DNA of 64,000 nucleotides from an uncultured Phycisphaerales bacterium. Its GTDB lineage: Bacteria > Planctomycetota > Phycisphaerae > Tepidisphaerales > Tepidisphaeraceae. Positions 29,975 through 40,677 of the stretch are shown here, piece after piece; the first letter of the stretch is position 1, and every line of letters starts with the position of its first letter. The stretch is from assembly GCA_963755915.1 (NCBI GenBank), contig CAVWLP010000002.1, positions 1,440,001 to 1,504,000 on the forward strand, in the 5' to 3' direction. Below the pieces are notes generated by a model, which had not been told where the DNA came from, searched no databases, and saw nothing but the letters and a program-made list of their open reading frames with translations. Position numbers and translations under genes: made by a program.

Positions 29975-31057
29975 ATGGCCTCGGAGCGATCCCAGAACCT
30001 AACTTCCGGCACGGGGCAGAACCGAGTTCCCGGGCTTCGCGAGCAGTTCTCGGCCGAGGAATTGGCCATCATCCTTTCGCATTTCGACGTCGGCGTCATC
30101 GATTCGATCGTCGAATTCCCCCGCGGATCGCGCAAGGCCCCCAAGCTGCTGATCGTCAGCGAGCAGGGAAAGTTTCTGCTCAAGCGCCGCGCGCGAGGTA
30201 AGGATGACCCCTTCAAGGTCGCCTTCACCCACGCCCTCCAGCTTCATCTGGCCAGCAAGCAATTTCCCCTCCCGCACCTGATCGGCACGCGCAAAGAAAA
30301 CAATTCGATGCTGCAATGGCGCAACGGCGTCTATGAGCTGTTCGAATATATCCCCGGCCAATCCTATCCGCAGACGCTGGAATCGACGTTCGATTCGGGC
30401 CGGATCCTGGCGCTCTACCACAAGCTTCTTGAAGAATTCAAATCGGAATGGCAGCCACCCAGCGGGAGCTATCACGCCGCCTCGGCGGTCGATTCGGGGC
30501 TGCGCGCCATCGCCGCGGGAGTGGCCGACACCGAGGAAAATCGCGATGTGACCCAATTGCTGAAATTTCTGCTGGAGTCTTACCGCCGCGCCGCGGAAAA
30601 AGTGCAATCGCTGGGGATCGACAACTGGCCCAAGCAGATCGTTCACGCCGACTGGCATCCTGGCAACATGCTCTTCCGCGACAATCGAGTCGTCGCGGTG
30701 ATCGATTACGACAGCGCCCGCCTCCTCCCGCGCATCATCGACGTCGCCAACGGTGCACTCCAGTTCTCGATCATCGGCGGCGACGACGACGTCTCCAAGT
30801 GGCCCGACTACCTCGACACCAATCGCTTCAAACGGTTCCTTCGCGGCTACGACGAGGTGATGCTCATTTCCCAGGCCGAGATTCGCGTCATCCCCATGCT
30901 CATGATCGAAGCCCTCATCGCCGAAGCAGTTTTCCCCATCGCGCAGACCGGGTCTTTCGGTAAGGTGGAGGGTATGCCGTTCCTCCAAATGGTGCAGCGG
31001 AAAATTAGCTGGATTCAGAAAAGCTATGACCAACTGGTCGAACTGGCGGATGGTTGA
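29975..31057 (+). CDS. APH / type II homoserine kinase-like phosphotransferase
   Basis: FLLKRR, IVHADWHPGNMLF and VIDYD motifs. Confidence 0.85.
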   Translation: MASERSQNLTSGTGQNRVPGLREQFSAEELAIILSHFDVGVIDSIVEFPRGSRKAPKLLIVSEQGKFLLKRRARGKDDPFKVAFTHALQLHLASKQFPLPHLIGTRKENNSMLQWRNGVYELFEYIPGQSYPQTLESTFDSGRILALYHKLLEEFKSEWQPPSGSYHAASAVDSGLRAIAAGVADTEENRDVTQLLKFLLESYRRAAEKVQSLGIDNWPKQIVHADWHPGNMLFRDNRVVAVIDYDSARLLPRIIDVANGALQFSIIGGDDDVSKWPDYLDTNRFKRFLRGYDEVMLISQAEIRVIPMLMIEALIAEAVFPIAQTGSFGKVEGMPFLQMVQRKISWIQKSYDQLVELADG

Positions 31058-31062
31058 TCCAA

Positions 31063-31830
31063 GTGAAGCGCACGTTCTCATCGCCGCTGCGTTGGTCTTA
31101 TGGGCTGGCGCTGATTTTGTGCGCGGCGGCCAACCTCACCGCCGCGCCAGACTCATCGCTGCTGAAGAACCTGATCGCCCAGCTCGGCAGCGACAATCCC
31201 CAGCTTCGCAACGAAGCGCGCGTGCAATTGATGGGCCTGCAAAAGGCCGAGCTTCCTGCGCTTCGGACGGCGGCGCTGGCGCAGAGCCCGCTTCTGCCCG
31301 GCCAGATCGCGCAGCTTCGCGAAGTCGTCGCCCAGGTCTTCCTCTCCGCCGACGACTATCACAAAGATCCCGCCGACCCGCGCGGATTTGCCGGACTCAG
31401 TTGGGGAACGGACGTTCTGGACGAATCTTTCGCCAGCGGCATCCCCGTCCAGGAGCGGATCCCCGGATTCCCCGCGTTCCGGGTCCTCCAGAGCGGGGAC
31501 ATCATCACCGGGGTTCTCGAACAGCCGCAGACGCCCCTGCACAAGATCAGCGACTTTATAAATGTCGTCCTCCTCATGCGGCACGGCAGCGTGGTGCACT
31601 TGAGCATTCTGCGGTCCGGCCATCCGGTTTCGGTGGCCCTCACACTCGATGATTTCCCCGTCGATCTCGACAAACACAGGAACACGGTGTGGGTCGACAA
31701 CTGGATCCTGGCGCAACCAGCGGGCCGAGGATTATTGGAACAACGAATTCTGGGCAATCGATCCCAATGTCGCGACGACCCAGCAGACGACAGCAGTTCA
31801 GCCCTGACGGAATCGGCACATGGACGAAAC
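31063..31830 (+). CDS. Exported PDZ-like domain protein (3' end uncertain)
   Basis: Signal peptide; GFAGL..IPGFPA..LQSGDIITGV. Confidence 0.6.
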
Positions 31831-32855
31831 TCTTAAACGCTTTCTGGACACCCTCTCTTCCTGCCGGCGCGTGCTGATTACGACGCACGTCCGCCCCGAC
31901 GGCGATGCCCTGGGCACGGCGGCGGCGATGGCGCTGGGGCTGCGCGAAAAAGATCGACAGCCGGGTGCTGCTGCTCAGCAAGCTGCCGGCTAAATACGCA
32001 TTTGTGCTGAAGGAAAACCAGATCGCGTTCGATCAGACCGAGCCCGACTGGCCGGGCGATTTTTCGCTGGAGCCGTTTGATGCGCTACTGGTCGTGGACA
32101 CGGGCACGTGGTCGCAGCTCCCGGGTTTGAAGGATCGCATCGATGGCTGGAAAAAGCCCCGGCTGATTCTGGACCACCATCTCACGCAGGAAAACTGGGC
32201 GGATGTGAAGCTGGTGCAGACGCGCGCCGCGGCGGCGGGGGAGATCGCTGCGGATGTTTTGAAGCAGTGGGGGGTGCCGTTTGATCTGCCACTCGCGACC
32301 GCCCTTTTCCTGGCGATCGCCAGCGACACCGGGTGGTTTCAGTTCAGCAACACGCGGCCGGCCACGCTTCGCCTGGCCGCCGACCTGATGGAAGTCGGCA
32401 TCGACACCGATCAGATGTATCAGCATCTCTACCAGAACGAACGGGCGGAAAGGGTGGCTCTGCAAACGAGGGCGCAGGATTCGCTTGAGCTGCTGGTGGA
32501 TGGGCGGTTGGCGGTGATGACCATTGCAAAAGCGGATTTTGCCGAGACGGGGGCGAAACCTTCGGATACGGAGAACCTGATTAATATTCCGCTGCAGATT
32601 CGGACGGTGGAAGTTTCGATCCTGATCATGGAGCCGGCGGATAGTTCGGCGGTGCGGGTGAGCCTTCGCAGTAAAGGCGGGGTGGATGTGGCGCGATTTG
32701 CCGAACAATTCGGCGGCGGTGGGCACGCCCGGGCGGCGGGCCTGAAGCTTCAGCAGCCGGTGCAGGAGGTGCGCGATGGGGTGGTGGGGGCGATGGAGAA
32801 AATGCTGGCGACGAAAGCGGAAAGCACGGAGCACTCGAATCAGAACGACGAATGA
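31820..32855 (+). CDS. DHH/DHHA1 phosphoesterase (NrnA-like), frameshifts near 5' end
   Basis: TTHVRPDGDALG, ILDHH, SDTGWF and FGGGGHARAAG motifs. Confidence 0.88.
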
Positions 32856-33077
32856 AATTTCGATTTGGTCGGAGGGGCGCGATTTTTGTTGCGGGGGTGT
32901 TGGGTACAAAAGGTAACAGTCCGCAACAAGCTGGGCAAGATGGGTAATCTTGGGTAGAAATCTTCGCCCCCTTGTGTCATTATTTGTAATCTATCGTGTT
33001 CTTTATTTGTCCATCGGCGTGACGCAAGTTCGAAACTCGGATGTTTCGCCCTAATGGATTGATGTGAGAGGAGCAAT

Positions 33078-33386
33078 ATGAATTGGTATCACTACGTCGC
33101 CTGCTTCTTCGCCGGGCTTTTCCTCACCAACGTCGTCCCCCATTTCGTGAAGGGGATCTGCGGCGACCGCTTCCCGACGCCGTTCGCGAAGCCGCCGGGC
33201 AGGGGGCTGTCGTCGCCGCTGGTGAATGTGCTCTGGTCGCTGCTGAATTTGCTCATCGGCTTTGTCCTGGCCCGGGTGGGCCGGCTGGCGAGCGGGGGGG
33301 ACCTGGCGATGGCGGCATGCTTCGCCGGCGTTGCCGCACTGAGCACGATGTGCAGCGTGAACTTCTCCAGGAAGCATGCCGGGTAA
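33078..33386 (+). CDS. Small membrane protein
   Basis: GAGGAG RBS; 3 TM helices; N.VPHFVKG..FPTPFA.PPG.GLSS. Confidence 0.7.
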   Translation: MNWYHYVACFFAGLFLTNVVPHFVKGICGDRFPTPFAKPPGRGLSSPLVNVLWSLLNLLIGFVLARVGRLASGGDLAMAACFAGVAALSTMCSVNFSRKHAG

Positions 33387-33759
33387 GAATTTGCGCCCAA
33401 CGGTGATCAATGGTTTCCCGTTTCCGTCTCTAATCGGAAAAATCTCACGCAGAGGCGCAGAGGCGCGAAGAAGGCAAAGCGTTGCCCATCTTGCTCAAAT
33501 CATCATTGGTCCATGCCGGTTTCTGTAATTTCAACACAGCACAATCCATGTGCATACCCACCCGGCACACCAAAGTAGAATCGTGCCTCTTCTGACATTC
33601 AAATCTTGATTTAGCTTTGCGGAGAGATTCCAGATTGGTTGTCAGCATGATGAGAACATACCGCCGAACCAACGCCCATGGACAAGCTCGGGAAGACAGA
33701 AATCCGAAATGACGAGACACCATTTGAACTTTTCCGACGTTTCTTGCATGGAAATGAGC

Positions 33760-34307
33760 CTACGGGAGTTGATTGGCAGTACCCGTGAAATTTTTAAATC
33801 GGAATATCACAAGCCGTTGACCGTCGGTCTCAGAAAAGTGTTCCTCGAATTTGCCGCTTGTATACCTGCGTAAAACCCTGCGCCAAAACGCCTGCGCCCG
33901 AAGATTCATAGGCAACACACCAGCTTCCCATCGACCAGGAAAACGATCAAATATGCCGGATGCGGCGTGCTCTCCGATGCCAGCGCCGCGAAATGCATGC
34001 AAAAGGAAAATTCCTGCATGATATAATCGACATCGGTAGAGGCATGCGGTGGCCCGGCGACGAGGGCAAAACCCGCCGCTCTGCCATTAGCCAGGATCGT
34101 GAATGGGAACAATTTGCCGGGTCTTTCCCACCAGATACTTTGGACATCGCCTTGTTCGGCGAGCGTCCGAACGGCGCTTGGTTCTACGATTCCGTGCTCG
34201 TTGGGTCCCTCACCACTGAACTCCGATAGATCGTGCAAGTAAAGTGGATACATGTTTTTGATGATGTAGGCATCGTCTGCCGTGGACAGAGTAGTTGTGA
34301 CGTTCAT
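33760..34307 (-). CDS. GNAT-family acetyltransferase (frameshift ~34000)
   Basis: LYLHDLSEF, AGFALV, EF...FRGAGIG and N.RAQAFWRRV motifs. Confidence 0.78.
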
Positions 34308-34391
34308 CGGCTGGCTCCGTGCGTCCGTCAAAATAGTGGCATAGATGATAATGACCGCAGGGTTAATCAAGTTCAATTCTGTCCCGTCAAC

Positions 34392-34423
34392 TCGGAGTGA
34401 CAAGATTCGAACTTGCGACCTCG
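34392..34423 (-). other. tRNA 3'-end fragment (tRNA-Pro-like); possible att remnant
   Basis: GGTCGCAAGTTCGAATCTTGTCACTCCGA = T-arm plus acceptor 3' strand; no 5' half adjacent. Confidence 0.6.
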
Positions 34424-36183
34424 AGGTCGCGAAAACCGATAACAAGCGGCCGACCTGGCTACATCCCGTCCACCAAGCGCTGGACGCGCGGTGCTCGCTA
34501 CATATGCCGCCGTCGACCCCGACGGAAAGTGGTCCGAAGACCGGGCAAACGTCTGGCTGGAGAACCGGCGCACGTGGACGGGCAAGGTACTGGCAAACCC
34601 TTTCGAATGAATCGCAGGCGCACGGCGCGAAGCGGGGAATCCATTAATCTTCTCTTGTGGTCAGAAAATGTCAAAAATCCGAATTTCGTGTTACCCATTT
34701 TATCCAAACATCCCATTTTGTTGCGGACTGTCCAGTTTTGTCTTGAATGCCCCGGCGCTGCGAGAAAGTGGAGGCAGTGGAAAGTAGAGCAGTAGAGAAA
34801 GACGGGGGATGGGGGATGCCGACGCCGACTCTGTGCCGTCGCGGGGTATGACAAATTGCATAACACGCTCCAAGAAAATGGTCAGGCTAACCTGCCCCCT
34901 TTCGCAATCTTTGGACACGACCGATGCGGACGGTCGAGTATGATCGCCCGCGAGAAGGCTAAGCAATTACATCGGGAGCACGGCGTGATGGACTGCCAAT
35001 CGGATTTGAGCCCGGTCGGGGACCGCAGGGGCGATCGCCCTTCGGCGGCCGCCTGGGTTGTCATTTCTTTGGTGGTTCTAGTCGCCCTGATTCCTCTTGT
35101 CCGCGCAGCCCGGTTTGCCCTCAAGGACCCTGATTCTGATGTTCACCGCCAATGGGTTACGTCGCAATATGTTCTTGCGGGCGTCAATCCATATCCGGTG
35201 GCGCTGAGCGCATTGGAGGCGCGCTATGGGCGTCTGGCTCCCGCCGGGCCGGTTCACTTGCGAAGCGTTAGGATTGATTTTGTTCCGAAACATGGTCCGC
35301 ACCCGCAAACGGATCGCCGGCTTGGTCCACCGGAGGCAACCTACCCCCCAACGAGCGCCGTGCTGTTTGCCTTTACGATCGGCCGTTTTCCGTCGATCTG
35401 GGTTGTGTGTGTATGGACGGGTTTCAATTTTGTCCTTGTCGCTTTGATCGCGGGAGAACTGACGGCGTTGGCTGCCGCGCGGATGAGCCGTCCGTGGGCA
35501 TGGGGCCTGATCGTTCCGCTCCTGCTTCTTTGGCCGCCAACTGCAGAAAGCATTGAGCGCGGACAATTTTCCCTTCTGGTCTTTTGGTCGGTGCTGCGTG
35601 CCCACCGGGTTGAATCCCGTCGTCCTTTGGTCGCGGGGCTGCTGTATTGCCTTGCGCTGATCAAGCCGTCGCTGGGGCTGCCGCTGGTGGTATTGCCGGC
35701 GCTAGGCGGGCGTTGGAGAGTACTCTTCTGGACTGTTGTGGCCCAGTTCATGCTGCTGGGGGCTGCCGGCGTGAAGCTGCACGAATCGCCGCAGGGCCTG
35801 ATTGGCGGTTGGCTCCACGTGTCGCGCTATTTTAGACAAGGGTTGTACACGATTCAGGAGCTGATCAATGTGTTTCACCTGGATGGCACGTCATTCGACA
35901 TACTCATTCCGGTCCTGGTGGTGGCCATCGCTGCATGGATTGCTCGCCGGTACGACCAGGAGCGCCGATTGGCGTTCTTCTCCTTCATCGCGGTGGGCTG
36001 GATGTACCATTACACTTACGATTTCATCGTGCTCATGGCGGCGATTGGTACTGGTTCAGTTTGAATTATTATTTTGTATTTCTATGTTTTGTTCGCAAAA
36101 ACACGCCCAAAACTTTCACCTGCTGGACCCAATTATAGTGAGACAGTTGTTTTGCAGGATATTGAATTGAGAAATTGGGACCG

Positions 36184-37008
36184 TCAGTCGATCAGTTTCA
36201 GCAAGTCCTCAATCTCCCAAACCGATTTTGATAGACCAGCGGCCATTGCGGGTGTCTCTCGTAAGGTGGTGTGAATCTTGCAGTAGTTGTAGTGCATGAA
36301 GTAGAGCGCAATCGCGTGGCCGTGATTTTCAATCTTCTTTGAGTGGGCGTTCGTGAGGCGGGTAAAACGGCGCATTCCCATTCGCATCGACAAATTTTGC
36401 CGCTCAACAAAACTCGTACTGACAAGGCGCGGTTCGGGCGTTCCGCAGATTTCTTCTTTCCGAGTGCCGATGATGTTGGCCGGACTGTAGCGGGCCTCGC
36501 CGGGCCGCTCCGCACCGTAGAGCTTCACCAGCATGGCGTAATCAATGTCACCGCCGAAGGCATCGTCTACGGCGTCCAGATATGCTTTGTGGCCGTCGGT
36601 GGTGAGTTGCACTTTGCGGGCGAGACGCTTCGCAACGTCGTACATGAATTCGTGTGCATAGCCGCCGTCGCGAAGTCCGAGCGTATAGGAAATGATGAGC
36701 TTTGAATCGGCGTCCAGTGCAGTCCATGTCCAGCAATCGCCGTAACCCCACTGGCCGCGTTTTTCTTCTGGGACGTTGGCGGCTTTCGCGTAGCAGAATG
36801 ACCAGATTTCATCGCACTGCACGCGTTTTGTGAGCAAGTGGCAAACATGCTCATCGTGATATTTTGCGCACGCTTCGCCAAGCTGGGCCAAGAGCTTTAG
36901 AACCGTGTTCTTTGCAGCGCCAGTCACCCGGCAAGTGGCGTTAACGCCGACGCCATCGACAAGGCATTGGACTATCTGCACCCGCGTCTTGTCTTCAATC
37001 TTGTTCAT
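36184..37008 (-). CDS. IS1-family DDE transposase
   Basis: N-terminal HTH; QCDEIWSF, TTDG and STSFVERQNLSMR..RRFTRLT motifs; TTGACT-N17-CATAAT-N7-ATG promoter. Confidence 0.9.
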   Translation of the reverse strand: MNKIEDKTRVQIVQCLVDGVGVNATCRVTGAAKNTVLKLLAQLGEACAKYHDEHVCHLLTKRVQCDEIWSFCYAKAANVPEEKRGQWGYGDCWTWTALDADSKLIISYTLGLRDGGYAHEFMYDVAKRLARKVQLTTDGHKAYLDAVDDAFGGDIDYAMLVKLYGAERPGEARYSPANIIGTRKEEICGTPEPRLVSTSFVERQNLSMRMGMRRFTRLTNAHSKKIENHGHAIALYFMHYNYCKIHTTLRETPAMAAGLSKSVWEIEDLLKLID

Positions 37009-37118
37009 AATGAACATTATGCTTGCTCGTGCATGAAAAGTCAATAGGAACTTTGTATATTATTCAAAGTTTTAGTGGTTGACAACCGATGTAGATTGTA
37101 TATTATGTAAAGCGTGGC

Positions 37119-37583
37119 ATGGAAGTACCAAGCAATGGCGAAGGAGGAAAAGGAGTATCGACAATGCAGGAAGAACAAGCCTCCGCCGCTCTCTGGAAAA
37201 ATGCCGGCGTCGGTGATCCCGCAACAGTTTGGCCTGTTAAATATTGGCCATGCGTTGTCGCGGAAACAAAATTTCTGACCGCCCAGCAATATTGGCATGT
37301 TGCAGGACAGATTGATGAAATTGCCTGTGAGGTTGAACCTTGCAGGTGTCCTACAGCGGACATCGCAAAGATTAAGGATTTTTGGGAACTAAAAGATAAA
37401 GGCGGTCCGCTGGGAAAGATCAACCTGCGTGTCTTCTTTTTTGTGAACACCGATCGCCACGAAATTGTTGTTTTGGGTGTTCACAAAAAAGAAGACGAAG
37501 ATCAGCTTAGGAACTCCGTGATCATTCGAATAGCGCGGCGTTTGCGGCTTTATTTGCAGAGCGTATCGCCCAAGAAACAGTAG
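37119..37583 (+). CDS. Putative RelE/ParE-fold toxin (IS passenger)
   Basis: FWELKDKGG..NLRVFF..IVVLGVHKK; alternative start 37164. Confidence 0.55.
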   Translation: MEVPSNGEGGKGVSTMQEEQASAALWKNAGVGDPATVWPVKYWPCVVAETKFLTAQQYWHVAGQIDEIACEVEPCRCPTADIAKIKDFWELKDKGGPLGKINLRVFFFVNTDRHEIVVLGVHKKEDEDQLRNSVIIRIARRLRLYLQSVSPKKQ

Positions 37584-37604
37584 ACAGCAGACAGGAGCAC
37601 TGAC

Positions 37605-38161
37605 ATGATAGCCATCAAAAAATCGCCGGAGGTCGAAAAACAGGTTCCCCACGTCGAAAAGCTGTCCATTGAACAGCAGTTGCAACTCGCGTCGGCCAAT
37701 ATCAACGGTACTCTTGAATCGTCGCTCACGGCCGCAGCGGTTGCCACGGTGGTTGCCAGAATGGTGCAACTAGACCCGGCTGACCAGAGCGACCTATTCG
37801 AGTGCATGAAGGACTTGTCAACGATCAAGTCCCGCGAAGACGCCGAAGAGACAATGAAGACGATCCTCGAAATTCTGGAGCCAAGGGGCCACGAGTCGTC
37901 TCGGTTGAAGGATTCATTGGTCGAGGAAATTCCTTCGCGTCAGAACCACGAAAGCTGGCTGATATGGATCAGCCAAAAGCTCAAATCATTGCGCGAAGAA
38001 CGCAGCCTAACGCAAGCGGAGTTAGCTCGGCGCACGGTTTGCTCCAGAGCCATATCAGCCGTCTAGAAGCTGGAAGGCACAGTCCGTCCATGAAAACCCT
38101 ACAGAAGCTCGCCGACGCTTTGAAGATTGACGTTAATTCTCTCAGCTTATTGTCCGCCTAA
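37605..38161 (+). CDS. XRE-family HTH protein, putative antitoxin (frameshift ~38040)
   Basis: LKSLREERSLTQAELARR + QSHISRLEAGRHSPSMKTLQKLADAL. Confidence 0.7.
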
Positions 38162-38162
38162 C

Positions 38163-38423
38163 TTACGAGGGGCGGCGAGGCCATCTGGCTCTCGCCGCCT
38201 TCTTCGCGATTTCGCTTCGAGATTTGGCAGACAGTTTTTTTGCCCGCGCCTTCCCACCCTTGCTCGCCCCCAGCTTGCTCAATGCAACCGCATGAGGATT
38301 ACGTGTGTCATTCGGGGGTGGACTCCCCGGTGGCAGGATAGGTGGACCATTCCCCGTGGCGGCATCGACGACGGCCTTAGCTGTTTGGGTAAAATCTCGG
38401 CGATTGCTTGCTCGTGCTGGCAT
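38163..38423 (-). CDS. Small basic protein of IS1-type elements
   Basis: NPHAVALSKLGASKGGKARAKKLS..RSEIAKKAARARW. Confidence 0.7.
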   Translation of the reverse strand: MPARASNRRDFTQTAKAVVDAATGNGPPILPPGSPPPNDTRNPHAVALSKLGASKGGKARAKKLSAKSRSEIAKKAARARWPRRPS

Positions 38424-38815
38424 TCCCCGACTCTGCCACGAATTGGGATCGGCGTCAAATTTTCAAAGATTCAAACTGAACCAGTACCCGGCGATTGCAT
38501 GGCTTGTGCCCGGCTTCGTCAAGGCCGATGAGCGTGACCGCTGGTGGCTGGTAAGCGTCATCTCGCTGCTAATCCTGGGGCTTGCGCTGCCATTGGGGTA
38601 TACCAGTTTCCACATGCTTATCTGGCGAGCGATGCGCTGGGGCGGACGCCTTGCCCTTCTGGCCGCCGTGTGGGGTGTCACACAGACCGGCCGGCGGCGC
38701 GAAGTGCAAGCGCAAAGAACTTGGTCCTCCCATTTCGCCGGCGTCACTTGATTCCAATGAAATTCCGGATTTAAATATCGTGGGTGCCTCAGATATTGCC
38801 TGACCGGGAGGATTC

Positions 38816-39157
38816 ATGCTCCGCTGGCTTTCTTGTGGTTTGGTGGCCCTGATCACTTTCCCCCTGATTTCCGCCGATCGTGAGCCGACGACGCAGCCGC
38901 AACCGCTCGAGCTTAACGAGATGCACGATCTGCAGCAGAAGCTTGATCAGGTGCAGGCCGACCTGGACGCGGCAAAGGCCAACCTCGGTGAGCTTTCAAA
39001 GCTCCCGCCCATTCAGCCGTGGCAATTTGTGCCTGTTGAGCCGAGTCAGCCGATTCGGAACGGGCGGTTCGATATCAAGCCGTATGGGCCTTCGTTTAAG
39101 TTCAATGGGTTGACGGTGTATGTGGAGCCGGTTTCGCTAAATGCAAAGCGACGGTGA
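38816..39157 (+). CDS. Hypothetical exported protein
   Basis: GGAGG RBS; signal peptide; TTQP motif; coiled coil. Confidence 0.6.
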   Translation: MLRWLSCGLVALITFPLISADREPTTQPQPLELNEMHDLQQKLDQVQADLDAAKANLGELSKLPPIQPWQFVPVEPSQPIRNGRFDIKPYGPSFKFNGLTVYVEPVSLNAKRR

Positions 39158-39255
39158 TTGGGGACAAAAAAGGGAATTCCCTCCAAAATTGACCAATTCT
39201 GCAAAATCCGTATAATTCCCACACTTTTCTCCAGTTCTCGGCGGAATGCGGATTT

Positions 39256-40504
39256 ATGGCTCGTGTTGATCTCGAAAAAGTCAGCAAAATCTATCCCGGC
39301 GGCGTAAAGGCCGTCGATGCCATCGACCTGCATATCGCAGATCGGGAATTCATCGTCCTCGTCGGACCCTCCGGCTGCGGCAAAACCACCACGCTGCGCA
39401 TGATCGCCGGCCTGGAGGAGATTACAGACGGAATCATCCGCATCGGCGAACGTGTGGTGAACGATGTTCCGCCCAAGAGCCGGGATATCGCCATGGTTTT
39501 TCAGAACTATGCGCTTTATCCGCACATGACCGTTTACAAGAACATGGCATTCGGGCTGAAGCTGCGGGGGATGCCGCGGGCGGAGATCAATCGGCGGGTG
39601 GGGGAGGCGGCGAAGATTCTGGAAATCGAGCATTTGCTGGATCGCAAGCCCAAACAGCTTTCGGGCGGTCAGAGGCAGCGCGTGGCGGTGGGGCGGGCGA
39701 TTGTGCGCGAGCCGGCGGCGTTTTTGTTTGATGAGCCGCTTTCTAATCTGGATGCGAAATTGCGGGTTACGACACGTGCCGAGCTGAAGCGGCTTCATCA
39801 GCGGCTGCGGACGACCACGATTTACGTCACGCACGATCAGGAAGAGGCGATGACGCTGGGGGATCGGATCGTGGTGATGAAAGATGGGCTGATCCAGCAG
39901 TCGGATACGCCGCTGGTGACCTATAATCGTCCGGTCAATCGGTTCGTGGCGGGGTTTATCGGCATGCCACCGATGAATTTCTTCAATGGCGCGATCCGGA
40001 ATGTCGAGCGGGAAAATGACGTTTGAGGAAGGGCAACTGGCTGGCCAACAGAAGGCATCGGTGGGCATTGGGGCCAATGGAGTGGGGGCATCGGGCAACG
40101 GTGGTGAGTTGACCTTCCCGCCGAACGGGTTTACCCTTCCGCTGGATTTATTGTCGCAGGCGGTGAAAGATCGACTGGCGACGCGTGCCGGTGGCCATGT
40201 GGTGCTCGGCATCCGGCCGGAGCATATTCATCTCCAGCCGGTCGGTGGTTCGGTGGCGCCTGTGAAGGTGCGACTGAACGTGATCGAGCCGCTGGGCAAT
40301 AACATGGACGTTTACATGAACACCGCCTTGCACGAGCATGTGGTGGGCCGACTGGAGGCCCAGGCAGGTTTGCAGATGGGAAAGGAAACGACGGTGTACG
40401 TCGATTTGCGCAAGGCTCACTTTTTCGAGCCCGGAGAGACGGGAATGAATTTGAGTTTGGAGACATTGTCTCCCACAAACGAGCCGGCCCATGCACTTGC
40501 TTGA
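39256..40504 (+). CDS. MalK/UgpC-family sugar ABC transporter ATPase (frameshift ~40010)
   Basis: [28 protein letters not shown] and [12 protein letters not shown] motifs; TOBE tail LGIRPEH. Confidence 0.92.
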
Positions 40505-40614
40505 GCAAATGCATCAGCCGATTCGCGGTTTGGCCCCGGCGGTAATTTTACCGCCGATCCGGTTTTTTGCCGGGTAGGTGATTGGGTGCCCAGCACCCGA
40601 ACTCGCCGTCGCAG

Positions 40615-40650
40615 AAGCGGGCCGCCGAATTTGGCTGGCCTTTTTTATTT
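40615..40650 (+). terminator. Hairpin plus T-tract upstream of nusA (possible NusA-responsive attenuator)
   Basis: GGCC-GCCGAATTTGGC-TGGCC-TTTTTTATTT. Confidence 0.45.
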
Positions 40651-40677
40651 GATAGGTTTTTGGCATTTAGAGGAAAC

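Larger units (their letters stand above)
36047..38488 (-). mobile_element. IS1-family element carrying passenger genes
   Basis: Perfect 20-bp IR GGTACTGGTTCAGTTTGAAT; 8-bp target duplication CGGCGATT (36039-46, 38489-96). Confidence 0.93.
34940..38751 (+). pseudogene. GT87-like integral membrane glycosyltransferase interrupted by IS1-family element
   Basis: YPP, ERGQ, IKP and YH..YD motifs; VLMAAI (36046) joins AWLVPG (38497) in frame; start uncertain. Confidence 0.82.

Noticed and set aside
33023-33034. 12-bp CGCAAGTTCGAA matching the tRNA fragment in inverted orientation
   Set aside because: Short, does not extend, and the orientation does not fit attL/attR direct repeats.
33445-33723. 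92-aa ORF in AT-richer stretch
   Set aside because: No RBS or motif; cannot support it as a gene.
34392-34470. Complete tRNA gene
   Set aside because: No D-arm, anticodon arm or 5' acceptor strand adjoins the fragment.
40505-40677. Missing rimP upstream of nusA
   Set aside because: Absence from one window is weak evidence; the gene may be elsewhere or lineage-absent.
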